In this document: piece after piece, positions 10,269 through 18,638 of the stretch
Position numbering within the stretch: the stretch's first letter is position 1
Layout: every line of letters starts with the position of its first letter
NCBI GenBank assembly: GCA_963840055.1
Contig: CAWIXM010000045.1
Coordinates: forward strand, 79,971 to 143,970
Source: an uncultured Alphaproteobacteria bacterium
Lineage (GTDB): Bacteria; Pseudomonadota; Alphaproteobacteria; Rhizobiales; Xanthobacteraceae
Length of the DNA: 64,000 bases
Direction of reading: 5' to 3'
Made by a program: the position numbers and the translations under genes
The notes under the pieces: generated by a model
What the model saw: the letters and a program-made list of their open reading frames with translations, nothing else
The model's database searches: none
What the model was told of the DNA's origin: nothing

Positions 10269-11186
10269 TTAGCGATGCCGCCTGCTTCTCCGCGACCGCG
10301 GCCTGCGACCGTCTTCCGTCACCGTCACCGTGATCGGCTTGGACATGACCGGCGGATCATGCGGCACATGGTGTTCGTCACCGAGCAGGAGCTGCAGCGT
10401 ATGCACGCCCAATGGGAGCGTAACTTTCGCCTCCGTTTGTCCTGCACCGAAATGCAGATGGTTGAAGTCATTCGGAATAGGTTGGTCGAGCGGGGGCACC
10501 GGAGTGTCGATCAAAAGATGGTGATGCCCGGTATTGGGCTTTGCCACCCCGGCCGGCGCAACGCCCATACCGACCAAGCCGAACCGGATGATCGGCGTCC
10601 GCGAAACATAACCTCCGTTGAGCGGATAAACGAAATAAACCTTCGCATTCGCGGGAGACGGATGTCGTTGCGCCGCCGGCGGCGCCGAAGCGGTTGCGGG
10701 AGGCGATCCTTCCTCGACAACCCGGACATGAATCTTCGGCGAGTAAAGAGGCGGGGAATGCGGGATGTGATCCTTATCCGCGAATAGCAGCTGCAGGGTG
10801 TGCTCGCCCGGCGTCAGCGTCACCTCAGCTTCGGTCTGCCCCGCGCCGAAATGCAGGTGGTTGAAGTCGTTTGGGATGGGTTGGTCGAGCGGCGGTAATT
10901 CGGTGTCGATCAGCAGATGATGGTGACCGGAATTGGCCCGGTTTGACCCGGCCGGCGCGACGCCCATCCCGTGCAGGCCAAAATGAATGGTGGCTTTCGT
11001 CGGAATCGTGGCTCCGTCCTTGAGGTCGATGAAATAGACCCCGGCGCCCGGCGGCGATGCCACCGGACCTCCCGTCGCGCGATCCTGAGCGTGAACCGCG
11101 CCGCAAGCCGCGCCCAAAGCCACCATGACCAACAGCATCAAATTTCGCAGCACGAGCTTGATCCTCCAGAGAGTGCACCGCACCAT
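10269..11186 (-). CDS. periplasmic protein with two tandem DUF4399 domains
   Basis: The block GHHHLLIDT..PPLDQPIPNDFNHLHFGAGQTEA.VTL occurs twice. There is an N-terminal signal-like segment LMLLVMVALGAACGAVHA. The start codon is uncertain. Confidence 0.8.
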   Translation of the reverse strand: MVRCTLWRIKLVLRNLMLLVMVALGAACGAVHAQDRATGGPVASPPGAGVYFIDLKDGATIPTKATIHFGLHGMGVAPAGSNRANSGHHHLLIDTELPPLDQPIPNDFNHLHFGAGQTEAEVTLTPGEHTLQLLFADKDHIPHSPPLYSPKIHVRVVEEGSPPATASAPPAAQRHPSPANAKVYFVYPLNGGYVSRTPIIRFGLVGMGVAPAGVAKPNTGHHHLLIDTPVPPLDQPIPNDFNHLHFGAGQTEAKVTLPLGVHTLQLLLGDEHHVPHDPPVMSKPITVTVTEDGRRPRSRRSRRHR

Positions 11187-11488
11187 CGTTTCGATTCAAT
11201 CTGATCGAATTAATTCGTAGTTGTCGGTGACCTACATCTCACACCATCAACTAGTGTCGCATTCCCTGGATTGCGACAAAAGGGGTGAGGATGCGATTGA
11301 TTATTGTCCGACTTTCCCATCGTGCATAGGATGCACGCAGACAAAGGCGCGGTTCATCGAATAGGCGACATTGTCGCGGATTGACGTGGGTGTTCCAAAC
11401 CTCCGCAAGCGCTGCGCCGCATCGGCAGCTTCTGGGCTCTCGCACGTGTAATTTTCTCGCCCATCGGCGAGCGAACAGGAAGCAGAAA

Positions 11489-13120
11489 ATGAAGTGGCGC
11501 CTGGCACTTCTCCTTCTTTTGATTGTCGGCGCAACGACCAACCTGGGGTTGGCGCAGGCCCAGCAACCCGCGGCGGCCGTTCGGCCGGAGCCGCGGATGG
11601 CTTTGCTCATCGCCAATTCCAACTATCGCGATTCCGATGTGAAGTTGCCCAATCCGGTCAGGGACGCCCGCGCGCTTGCCGAAGAACTGCGGCGCGACGG
11701 CTTCGAGGTGGTGCTCAAAGAAAATCTCGGCAAGGAAGATATGCAGCGAACAATCGACCAGTTCGCGGCCACGATCCCGTCCGGCGCGACGGCATTATTT
11801 TATTTTAGCGGGTTCGGCATTCAGATCAATCGCCAGAATTTTCTTATCCCGACCGACGCGAGAATTTGGTCCGAACGGGACGTGCAACAGGATGAAGTCA
11901 GCGTCGAGCGGATTCTCGGTCAAATTCACGCGAAGGGCGTGAAAGCAATGCTGCTGATTATCGACGCCTCGCGCAAGAACCCGTTCGAGCGACGCTTTCG
12001 CAGCTATTCCGCAGGACTGTCGGCGACGGCCGTTCCCGAGCGCACGGTCGCGATCAGCAGCGCCTCCCTCGACAAGGCGCACGATGACGTCGATGCCAAT
12101 CCAAGTTTGTTCATGGACGAACTGTTGAAAGAGATTCGCTCGCCCAGGTCGGCCACGGCCGAGCAGACCTTTCTGCGCGCCCGCAACGGCGTGGCGCGTG
12201 CGTCAAAGGGTGACCGCGTGCCGTGGATATCGTCGTCCTTGACCGAGGATTTCTATTTCAACCGGCCGAGCGCCGCCGCGTCGACGTCGCCTCCGCCGGC
12301 CGAACCGCTGCCCGCGCGCAAGGCCGAACAGCCCGCTCCGGCCGCTTCGGCGGCGGCGGAGCCGGCGCAGGCGACGCAGGCGACGCAGGCGAGCGGCAAC
12401 ATGCCCGGCGAGACCTTCCGCGATTGCGCCGAATGTCCGCAAATGATCGTCATCCCGGCGGGCGAGTTTGAGATGGGCTCGAACGATACTCCGAGGGAGA
12501 AGCCCGTCCACCGCGTCGGTATCGCGCGCCCGATCGCGATCGGCCGTCGGGAGGTCACGTTTGCGGAATGGGACCAGTGCGTCGCCGCGGGGGCCTGCAG
12601 CTATCGACCAAATGATCGGGGCTGGGGACGAGCCAATCGGCCGGTTATCGATGTCAGCTGGGACGACGCCAAGACATACATCAACTGGCTATCGAAAAAG
12701 ACGGGAAAGCAGTATCGGCTGCCGACGGAAGCCGAGTGGGAATACGCAGCGCGCGCCGGTACTAAATCACCATTCTGGTGGGGACGCGACACGGGGAAAG
12801 GGCTCGCCAACTGCCATGACTGCGGCGCGCCTGACGGTGGATCGAAAACCGCGGCGGCTGGATCGTTCCGGCCCAATGCCTTCGGCTTGTACGATACCGC
12901 CGGCAACGCCGCCGAATGGGTGGAGGACTGCTGGAACGATTCTTATCGCGGCGCCCCGAAAGACGGCTCGGCCTGGACCACCGGTCAATGCGGACTTCGC
13001 GTGCTGCGCGGCGGCTCATTCGGCAACAAGGCAGATGCGGTCCGTTCGCCGGCCCGCTTTCGCTATGACAGGGACGTGCGGTATTTCGCCAATGGTTTTC
13101 GCGTCGCGCGCGACTTGTGA
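11489..13120 (+). CDS. exported pseudo-caspase (C14-like, catalytic His replaced by Phe and Cys by Ser) fused to an FGE-sulfatase/SUMF1-like domain
   Basis: The ATG at 11489 follows AGGAAG, and the signal peptide is MKWRLALLLLLIVGATTNLGLAQA. FYFSGFGIQ aligns with YFAGHGIE of the neighbouring caspase, and IIDASRKNPF aligns with ILDACRDNPF. The C-terminal domain reads AGEFEMGS...RLPTEAEWEYAAR...RGGSF. Confidence 0.8.
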   Translation: MKWRLALLLLLIVGATTNLGLAQAQQPAAAVRPEPRMALLIANSNYRDSDVKLPNPVRDARALAEELRRDGFEVVLKENLGKEDMQRTIDQFAATIPSGATALFYFSGFGIQINRQNFLIPTDARIWSERDVQQDEVSVERILGQIHAKGVKAMLLIIDASRKNPFERRFRSYSAGLSATAVPERTVAISSASLDKAHDDVDANPSLFMDELLKEIRSPRSATAEQTFLRARNGVARASKGDRVPWISSSLTEDFYFNRPSAAASTSPPPAEPLPARKAEQPAPAASAAAEPAQATQATQASGNMPGETFRDCAECPQMIVIPAGEFEMGSNDTPREKPVHRVGIARPIAIGRREVTFAEWDQCVAAGACSYRPNDRGWGRANRPVIDVSWDDAKTYINWLSKKTGKQYRLPTEAEWEYAARAGTKSPFWWGRDTGKGLANCHDCGAPDGGSKTAAAGSFRPNAFGLYDTAGNAAEWVEDCWNDSYRGAPKDGSAWTTGQCGLRVLRGGSFGNKADAVRSPARFRYDRDVRYFANGFRVARDL

Positions 13121-13129
13121 CCCCGAAGC

Positions 13130-14116
13130 TTACGGAGGCGGCTTTTTCTCGATCACCCACCCAACCTTCTCGACCGGCGCCTCCATCCGGTATTTCAAAC
13201 CCGATTCCGCATACTCGACTTGGTGCTTGCCGATGCGCCGCATCGTATCCTCGATGATCCGGCGTCCATAGCCGGTGCGGCTCGGTTGAGTCACAGCCGG
13301 TCCCCCCGTCTCCTCCCACGACAAGACGAACAGGCCGGGGCGCTGTTCTCGGTCGACGTCCCAGCGCACATCGACGCGGCCAGCGGGAACGGACAGCGCG
13401 CCGTACTTGACCGCGTTGGTGGTCAGTTCATGCAGGAGTAGCGCGAAGCTCTGCGCCGCCTTCTGCCGCACCATCACGTCGAGCCCGGAAAGGCTGACGC
13501 GGTCGGCAAAGGCCGAGGTTTCGGCGACAAGAATTTGTCGGAGCGGCGCGCCGCGCCACTCTTGCTCTGTCATCATCGTATAGGCGCGGCCGAGCGATTG
13601 CAGGCGATCGATGAACATCTCGCGGGCCTCCACCAACGGGTGGTTTCCACCGAGGCTGTGCAGCGCCACCGACTGAACGACCGCAAACAGATTCTGGATG
13701 CGATGATTAAGCTCGCCGATGAGCAGTCGCTGCCGGTCTTCGATACGCTTGCGCTCACTGATATCGACGATGACGACGATGACGTAATCTTTTCCCTCGG
13801 ACCGGATCGGCTTAAGCCCGATCTCGACCGGGACTTCGGCGCCGTCGCGCCGCCGCGCCCACAGGTCGCGACCCGCCCCCATCGACCGTTCGCGGGGGGC
13901 GCGTGCAAATAATTGCCGCAAACCGGCGTGCTGGACGCGCGACCGGTCGGGAACCAGAAGGTCGACCGATTGACCCACCAACTCGTCCCGGCGATAGCCC
14001 AACAACCGCTCGACGTAGTCGTTAAGGAAAACGATTCGCGCCTCGGCGTCGGTTACGAGCAGGCCATTCAGCGAGGATTCCAGCAGGCTATAAAGGACGT
14101 CTTGCGACAGGCGCAT
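13130..14116 (-). CDS. PAS-domain sensor histidine kinase, HWE family
   Basis: A PAS region (LLVTDAEARIVFLNDYVERLLGY) is followed by the H-box ELNHRIQN, then HELTTNAVKYGA and WEETGGPAV..P...GYG, which are typical of HWE_HK. Confidence 0.85.
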   Translation of the reverse strand: MRLSQDVLYSLLESSLNGLLVTDAEARIVFLNDYVERLLGYRRDELVGQSVDLLVPDRSRVQHAGLRQLFARAPRERSMGAGRDLWARRRDGAEVPVEIGLKPIRSEGKDYVIVVIVDISERKRIEDRQRLLIGELNHRIQNLFAVVQSVALHSLGGNHPLVEAREMFIDRLQSLGRAYTMMTEQEWRGAPLRQILVAETSAFADRVSLSGLDVMVRQKAAQSFALLLHELTTNAVKYGALSVPAGRVDVRWDVDREQRPGLFVLSWEETGGPAVTQPSRTGYGRRIIEDTMRRIGKHQVEYAESGLKYRMEAPVEKVGWVIEKKPPP

Positions 14117-14406
14117 ATCAGGCCGAAGGTTGCAGCCAAGTTATTCCACAGTCTCTAGATCCAGGTGACGGGACCGCGTCGCGAGCGAAGCTCCGGGCCG
14201 TCATATCGGATTGCAGTCTCGATAACCACTGCTCCCCGTTCGGTGGCGGCCACCGAACGTGTGCGGCGAAAGGCGGCAGGGTGGCCTGTCGCCTCGGCAA
14301 TTGTCAAGAACACGCATGGGACGCTCATTTCGCGCATTTGACCGGCGGACCAGCCACGACGTCTTCTGCGCCCGAAGGTGCTATGGCCATTGGCCGCCGC
14401 GATTCG

Positions 14407-14955
14407 TCAGCGTTCGAGAAAGTCGCCGCAGCGTTGCACCGTATCGTTCGCGCCCCACGGCATGATCGGCACGCTCGAGGTCGAGTTCTTCGGCGACCCC
14501 TCGATCAAGCGATCGGAATAAACCATATAAACGAGGACGTTACGTTTAACGTCGCAGCCCCGCACGATCTGCATTTTCTTGAAAAACAGCGACCGCCGGC
14601 GACGAAACATGTCCTCGCCCTGGGCGAATTTCTGTTTGAACCGGATCGGCCCGATTTGCCGGCAGGCAAGCGAAATGTCCGATACCTCCTCGGCGACTCC
14701 CAGCCACCCCTTGACGCCGCCGCGCTCCGGTACGGTGAAGTGACAGGCAACGCCCTCGACATCCGGGTCGTCGATCCCGTAGGTCGCAAGCTTGTCATTC
14801 GGGGTGAGCAGCTTGAAGACGGTCGAGCGGCGGAAAATCAGATCAGGCTCTTCGGTAGCGCCGCTGGCGTCCACCATGGCAAGGCAAACCACTAGACCCA
14901 GCAGCAGCGCCGGTTGCCATATCGCGACGATCCTTCGCAACGCCCTCGCTCGCAT
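14407..14955 (-). CDS. CreA family protein
   Basis: Matches E. coli CreA along most of its length as I recall that sequence (DDPDVEGVACH, ACRQIGPI, VYMVYSDRLIEGSPKNSTSSVPIMPW). The start is taken at the ATG at 14955, ahead of the signal-like segment. Confidence 0.85.
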   Translation of the reverse strand: MRARALRRIVAIWQPALLLGLVVCLAMVDASGATEEPDLIFRRSTVFKLLTPNDKLATYGIDDPDVEGVACHFTVPERGGVKGWLGVAEEVSDISLACRQIGPIRFKQKFAQGEDMFRRRRSLFFKKMQIVRGCDVKRNVLVYMVYSDRLIEGSPKNSTSSVPIMPWGANDTVQRCGDFLER

Positions 14956-15127
14956 ATATCGGCTCCATGAATCTTGGGAATATCGGCTCATCCCGAGACG
15001 CTGAGATAGTGCGTTGCGGCGGCAAGTTGAAGCACGCAATTCAGGGCTTTACCTCGGACAAGGAACAGCCGCCGACGGTCGGCTTTCGCCTACTTGGCCG
15101 GCGCATCATGCAAGTGACTTCGTCGGT

Positions 15128-15209
15128 AAAACGCCCGGCGCGCGGCAGTGAAGCCACGTCATCACCAGAAAACGCCCGGCGCGCGGCGCTGAAGCAACGT
15201 CATCACCAG
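15128..15209. repeat. 41-bp tandem duplication (2 units, 3 mismatches)
   Basis: AAAACGCCCGGCGCGCGGCAGTGAAGCCACGTCATCACCAG is followed directly by AAAACGCCCGGCGCGCGGCGCTGAAGCAACGTCATCACCAG. Confidence 0.9.
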
Positions 15210-15220
15210 GCTTGCCAACA

Positions 15221-15256
15221 TAAAAAAGCGTCCTTCCATCTCCGCTGGAAGGACGC
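15221..15256 (-). terminator. rho-independent terminator, minus strand
   Basis: 11-bp stem GCGTCCTTCCA / TGGAAGGACGC with a 7-nt loop, followed on the minus strand by TTTTTTAT. Confidence 0.7.
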
Positions 15257-15289
15257 CGAAATACCCCTAGTAGCTAGGTCAAATGTCAA

Positions 15290-16517
15290 CGCCCATTCAA
15301 CAGTGAAGTGCAACGGGCAGATTTCTGGCGCTGAAGAAAATCTCGCGAGGGGTTTGGTAGCCGAGTATCTTTCTGGGGCGAGAGTTGAGTTTGTCCTCGA
15401 CCCTTTGGACATCGGCATCGGACAAAATAGAGAAGTCGGAACCTTTTGGGAAGTACTGCCTGAAGAGGCCGTTAGTGTGTTCGTTGAGGCCGCGTTCCCA
15501 CGAGTGATAGGGCTTGGCAAAATAGGATAGTGCCCCCAGCGAGGTTGCGATTTGGGCGTGAGAGGCGAACTCTTTTCCATTGTCGTAAGTGATTGTTTCG
15601 ATTTGGTCAGCGAGCGGCAAAAGCACGCGTGCGCAGGCCTGCACGACAGAGTCCGCGTTCTTGTCCGGCAGTTTGGCGAGCTTGGTGTATTTGGAGGTTC
15701 GCTCGACGTGCGACATGACAACGCCTTTGTGATTGGCGCCGATAATCGTGTCGGCCTCCCAGTCTCCGATGCGGATTTTTGCGGCGACAATAGGAGGCCG
15801 CTGATCGATATCGACGCGGTTCGGAATCAGCCCGCGCCCCGAATTCTTGCCCTTGCGCCTGTTGTATTTTTTGCCGCTGTGACGCAAGTGAAGATACAGC
15901 GTGCCCCCGTCTTTCTTGTCTTTCCAGACATGCTGATAGATGCGCTCGTGACTGATAAAGGCGACGCCATCCTTCGCCAGACGCCCGCTGATCTGATCGG
16001 GACTCCACTGCTGTTGCGTCAGTTTTTCTTCGATCAGCTCCACCAAATCTGGCGTTATTTTGCGCGGCTTGTCCGAGGCCTCTTGGCGTCTCTGCGAGGC
16101 CTTCTCGTGCGCTTGCTTGAAGCGATAGCCGCGCGCGCCGGTGTTGCGAACAAGCTCGCGGCTGATCGTCGACGGATCGACGCCAATTTGCCGCGCGATG
16201 TGGGCTTGCGAGTGGCCGCTTTGCAAGAGCGCGTAAATCTGGCAGCGTTGTTCGCAGGTCAGATGGAGATAGCCTTCGGGCATTTTTCCTCCGTGAGATG
16301 TGCTGTCCCACGCAAGGATAGTCTTCCATCTGACCGCCAGAAAAACCGGCATACACAACATGGCAAAGTCTGGCGGGAGAAAACGTCGGCCTCAAGGGTG
16401 CTCGCTGCGCTCGCATCGTCTCCGGCGACTAAAGCCCTTGACCCCGACCCTTTCCCCCGCCACTCACTCCGCCATGCCGTCTATGCTGCCCTGTTGCACT
16501 TCGGATTTGAAACGGCG
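15290..16517 (-). mobile_element. IS30-family insertion sequence, 1,228 bp, flanked by a 3-bp CAA direct repeat
   Basis: The terminal inverted repeats are CGCCCATTCAACAGTGAAGTGCAAC-GGGCAG (15290..15320) and the reverse complement of 16486..16517, CGCCGTTTCAAATCCGAAGTGCAACAGGGCAG. By hand they match at 25 of 31 positions with one gap. CAA occurs at 15287-15289 and at 16518-16520. GC content is visibly lower than in the flanks. Confidence 0.8.
15297..16283 (-). CDS. IS30 family transposase
   Basis: The ATG at 16283 follows GGAGGA. An N-terminal HTH (CEQRCQIYALLQSGHSQAHIARQIGVDPSTISRE) is followed by a DDE core (WEADTI, ITYDNGKEF, SWERGLNEHTNGL). The stop codon lies inside the right IR. Confidence 0.92.
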   Translation of the reverse strand: MPEGYLHLTCEQRCQIYALLQSGHSQAHIARQIGVDPSTISRELVRNTGARGYRFKQAHEKASQRRQEASDKPRKITPDLVELIEEKLTQQQWSPDQISGRLAKDGVAFISHERIYQHVWKDKKDGGTLYLHLRHSGKKYNRRKGKNSGRGLIPNRVDIDQRPPIVAAKIRIGDWEADTIIGANHKGVVMSHVERTSKYTKLAKLPDKNADSVVQACARVLLPLADQIETITYDNGKEFASHAQIATSLGALSYFAKPYHSWERGLNEHTNGLFRQYFPKGSDFSILSDADVQRVEDKLNSRPRKILGYQTPREIFFSARNLPVALHC

Positions 16518-16520
16518 CAA

Positions 16521-17165
16521 TCAATAGTACTGACGCCTCCCATAATATTGCTGTCTCGCATAGTACTGCCGGCCTCCGTAGCCGCCGCCCCATCCGAAGA
16601 AGTTGTTCTGATAACCGGACGCATAATTGGACCTGCGCCTTCTTTTTTTAGCTGTCCGGCGAACACGCGCCTTCCGTTTCGCCTTGGGCGGCTCACTTGC
16701 CGCTGCAGCAGTTTCATCGGCAGGTTTGATCTCTGCAACCGACTCGGACGCCGGAATCGGCGCGTTAGCGACCGCTTGCGCCGATGCGGCGGCGTTCGGT
16801 TCGCCGCCAAGCGCCTCACCGGCACGGCCGTTGCCGCCGCGCCCGTCGGTAGCGGCGCTCGGCAGAGGCCCGCGGGTGCCAATGCTCGGCAGGGTTACTT
16901 TCGCGACCGAGCGCGAGCGGCTGCGCGTGACCGTGTCGGCCGCCGCCGGCGCAGTTGCCGTCGCATAGATCGGGACGTGCGCAAGAGCACCTTCTTCCGC
17001 CGGCGGGGCGGTGGGCCGAAGAAAATCAGTCACAACGTTGTGAGCGGCGACAGCGCAAACGATGCCAATCGAAAACCCGCCAATAGCAAGGGTCATCGGG
17101 ATGGCGCGACGCGGGCGCGCCTGCGCGGGCCAAAGGGAATAACTTGAGCGGTAGCGTATAGACAT
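16521..17165 (-). CDS. single-pass membrane protein with Ala/Pro-rich linker, Lys/Arg block and Tyr/Gly/Gln-rich C-terminal tail (hypothetical)
   Basis: The ATG at 17165 follows GGGGGGAA. The TM helix is AIPMTLAIGGFSIGIVCAVAAHNVV. The protein ends KKRRRRSNYASGYQNNFFGWGGGYGGRQYYARQQYYGRRQYY. Confidence 0.55.
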   Translation of the reverse strand: MSIRYRSSYSLWPAQARPRRAIPMTLAIGGFSIGIVCAVAAHNVVTDFLRPTAPPAEEGALAHVPIYATATAPAAADTVTRSRSRSVAKVTLPSIGTRGPLPSAATDGRGGNGRAGEALGGEPNAAASAQAVANAPIPASESVAEIKPADETAAAASEPPKAKRKARVRRTAKKRRRRSNYASGYQNNFFGWGGGYGGRQYYARQQYYGRRQYY

Positions 17166-17295
17166 GACTATTCCCCCCGGCCGGGCGTGGGCAACGCGAC
17201 TATGGCGTAACGCTGTACATGCCTCGGAGTTCCACTCGCAGGCTGAATCTTTGTCGATCGCGGAGCGGGTGGGGTTCGAGGTGGGCGTCACGCAT

Positions 17296-17994
17296 TCATG
17301 CCTGCACCGGCTTGCCTTTTTCCGGCACGATCACTTTGGTGGCATGCCCTTTCATCTCGGCGACAAACTTGTCGGCCGTCGGATCGATGATCGGGAACGA
17401 GCCGTAATGGCACGGGACGACGGCATCGAGCTTGAAGTACCGCTTAACCGCAAGCGCGGCGGTTCGCGCCCCCATGGTGAACCGATCGCCGATCGGCACC
17501 ATCGCGATCTTCGGCTCGTAAAGCTCGGAAATCAGCGCCATGTCCGAGAAGATGTCGGTGTCGCCCATATGGTAGACGGTCGGCTCGCCCGCCGCCTTGA
17601 CAATCACCCCGCACGGGTTGCCGAGGTAGATCGGAATTTCTCCCATCACGTCGCCGGACGAGTGGTCGGCCCGCACCAGCGTCATGGTGAACCCGCCGAG
17701 GTCCGTGGTGCCCCCGGTGTTCATCGGATTGAATTTCTCCAGTCCCTTCGACACCAGCCACATGCCAAGATCGTAATTGGTGCTTACGGTCGCGCCGGTT
17801 TTTTTTGCGATGTCGAGGGTGTCGCCGACATGGTCGGCATGGCCGTGAGTCAACAGGATATGGCTTACGCCCTTGATCGCCGCCTCCTTGTCGGAGACGA
17901 AGGCCGGGTTGCCGGTGAAGAATGGATCGATCAGGACGGCCATGCCGTTAAAATCAAGGCGGAAGGCGGAATGTCCGAACCAGGTGATCTGCAT
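17296..17994 (-). CDS. UPF0173-type metal-dependent hydrolase (MBL fold)
   Basis: Starts [26 protein letters not shown] and contains [14 protein letters not shown]. Length is about 232 aa from the ATG at 17994. Confidence 0.85.
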   Translation of the reverse strand: MQITWFGHSAFRLDFNGMAVLIDPFFTGNPAFVSDKEAAIKGVSHILLTHGHADHVGDTLDIAKKTGATVSTNYDLGMWLVSKGLEKFNPMNTGGTTDLGGFTMTLVRADHSSGDVMGEIPIYLGNPCGVIVKAAGEPTVYHMGDTDIFSDMALISELYEPKIAMVPIGDRFTMGARTAALAVKRYFKLDAVVPCHYGSFPIIDPTADKFVAEMKGHATKVIVPEKGKPVQA

Positions 17995-18135
17995 GGGAAA
18001 TGTCCTCGGCTGGAGTATGCGGCGCAGGCAGCGGCGCGCCCGCGCATCGACAAGAATGCGCTGCGAGGATAACCTAAAGGTGGCTGCCGCCGTCAATCGG
18101 CTCGCGCTGCGCGGACGCGCGTGCTAGGCGGGTGC

Positions 18136-18612
18136 ATGCCCGGCGCGATCGTTCCGCTCGCCGAACTGCATGCGCTGTTGCCCCCGACCGGCGCCCTGAT
18201 CGGGCTTGACCTCGGCGACAAGACAATCGGTGTGGCCACCAGCGATCCTGACCGGCGGCTCGCGACGGGAGTGGAAACGATCGCGCGCAAAACCTTCACG
18301 GCCGATGCCGCGCGCCTTCTGGAACTCGCGGCGAAGCGGAGCGCGGTCGGATTCGTGCTTGGGTTGCCCATCAATATGGACGGAAGCGAAGGTCCGCGGG
18401 CGCAATCGACGCGTGCCTTCGCGCGAAATCTTGCCCAACGCACCGAACTTCCGATCGGTCTGTGGGACGAGCGTCTGTCGACCGCAGCGGTCGAGCGTGA
18501 GCTGATCGCAGCCGACGCGAGCCGGCGCAAGCGCAAAGCGGTGATCGACCAACACGCGGCCGCCTTCATCCTGCAGGGCGCGCTCGATCGACTGCGGCGC
18601 GGCGCGGCGTGA
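18136..18612 (+). CDS. ruvX: Holliday junction resolvase-like protein RuvX (YqgF)
   Basis: Contains LIGLDLGDKTIGVATSD, LGLPINMDGSEGP and DERLSTAAVERELI..RRKRKAVIDQHAAAFILQGALD. The start is either the ATG at 18136 or the GTG at 18121. Confidence 0.9.
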   Translation: MPGAIVPLAELHALLPPTGALIGLDLGDKTIGVATSDPDRRLATGVETIARKTFTADAARLLELAAKRSAVGFVLGLPINMDGSEGPRAQSTRAFARNLAQRTELPIGLWDERLSTAAVERELIAADASRRKRKAVIDQHAAAFILQGALDRLRRGAA

Positions 18613-18638
18613 AAGTAATCTGCCTGCCTTCCAAATTC

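Noticed and set aside
14237-14259. A perfect 10-bp hairpin, CGTTCGGTGG-CGG-CCACCGAACG, downstream of creA.
   Set aside because: There is no T-run on either strand and the loop is very tight, so it is not called a terminator. It may simply be a palindrome.
16320-16340. CTTCCATCT similarity to 15232-15240, and TTTCTGGCG similarity between 15321-15329 and about 16333-16341, first considered as the IS30 ends.
   Set aside because: Both are short and poorly extendable. A much better 31-nt inverted repeat pair with a CAA target duplication was found at 15290 and 16517.
15552-17147. A 531-aa plus-strand ORF.
   Set aside because: It runs antisense to the IS30 transposase and to the neighbouring gene and crosses the IS boundary at 16517. 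A genuine gene could not have pre-existed across a recent insertion junction, and the product is Arg/Ala-rich with no motifs.
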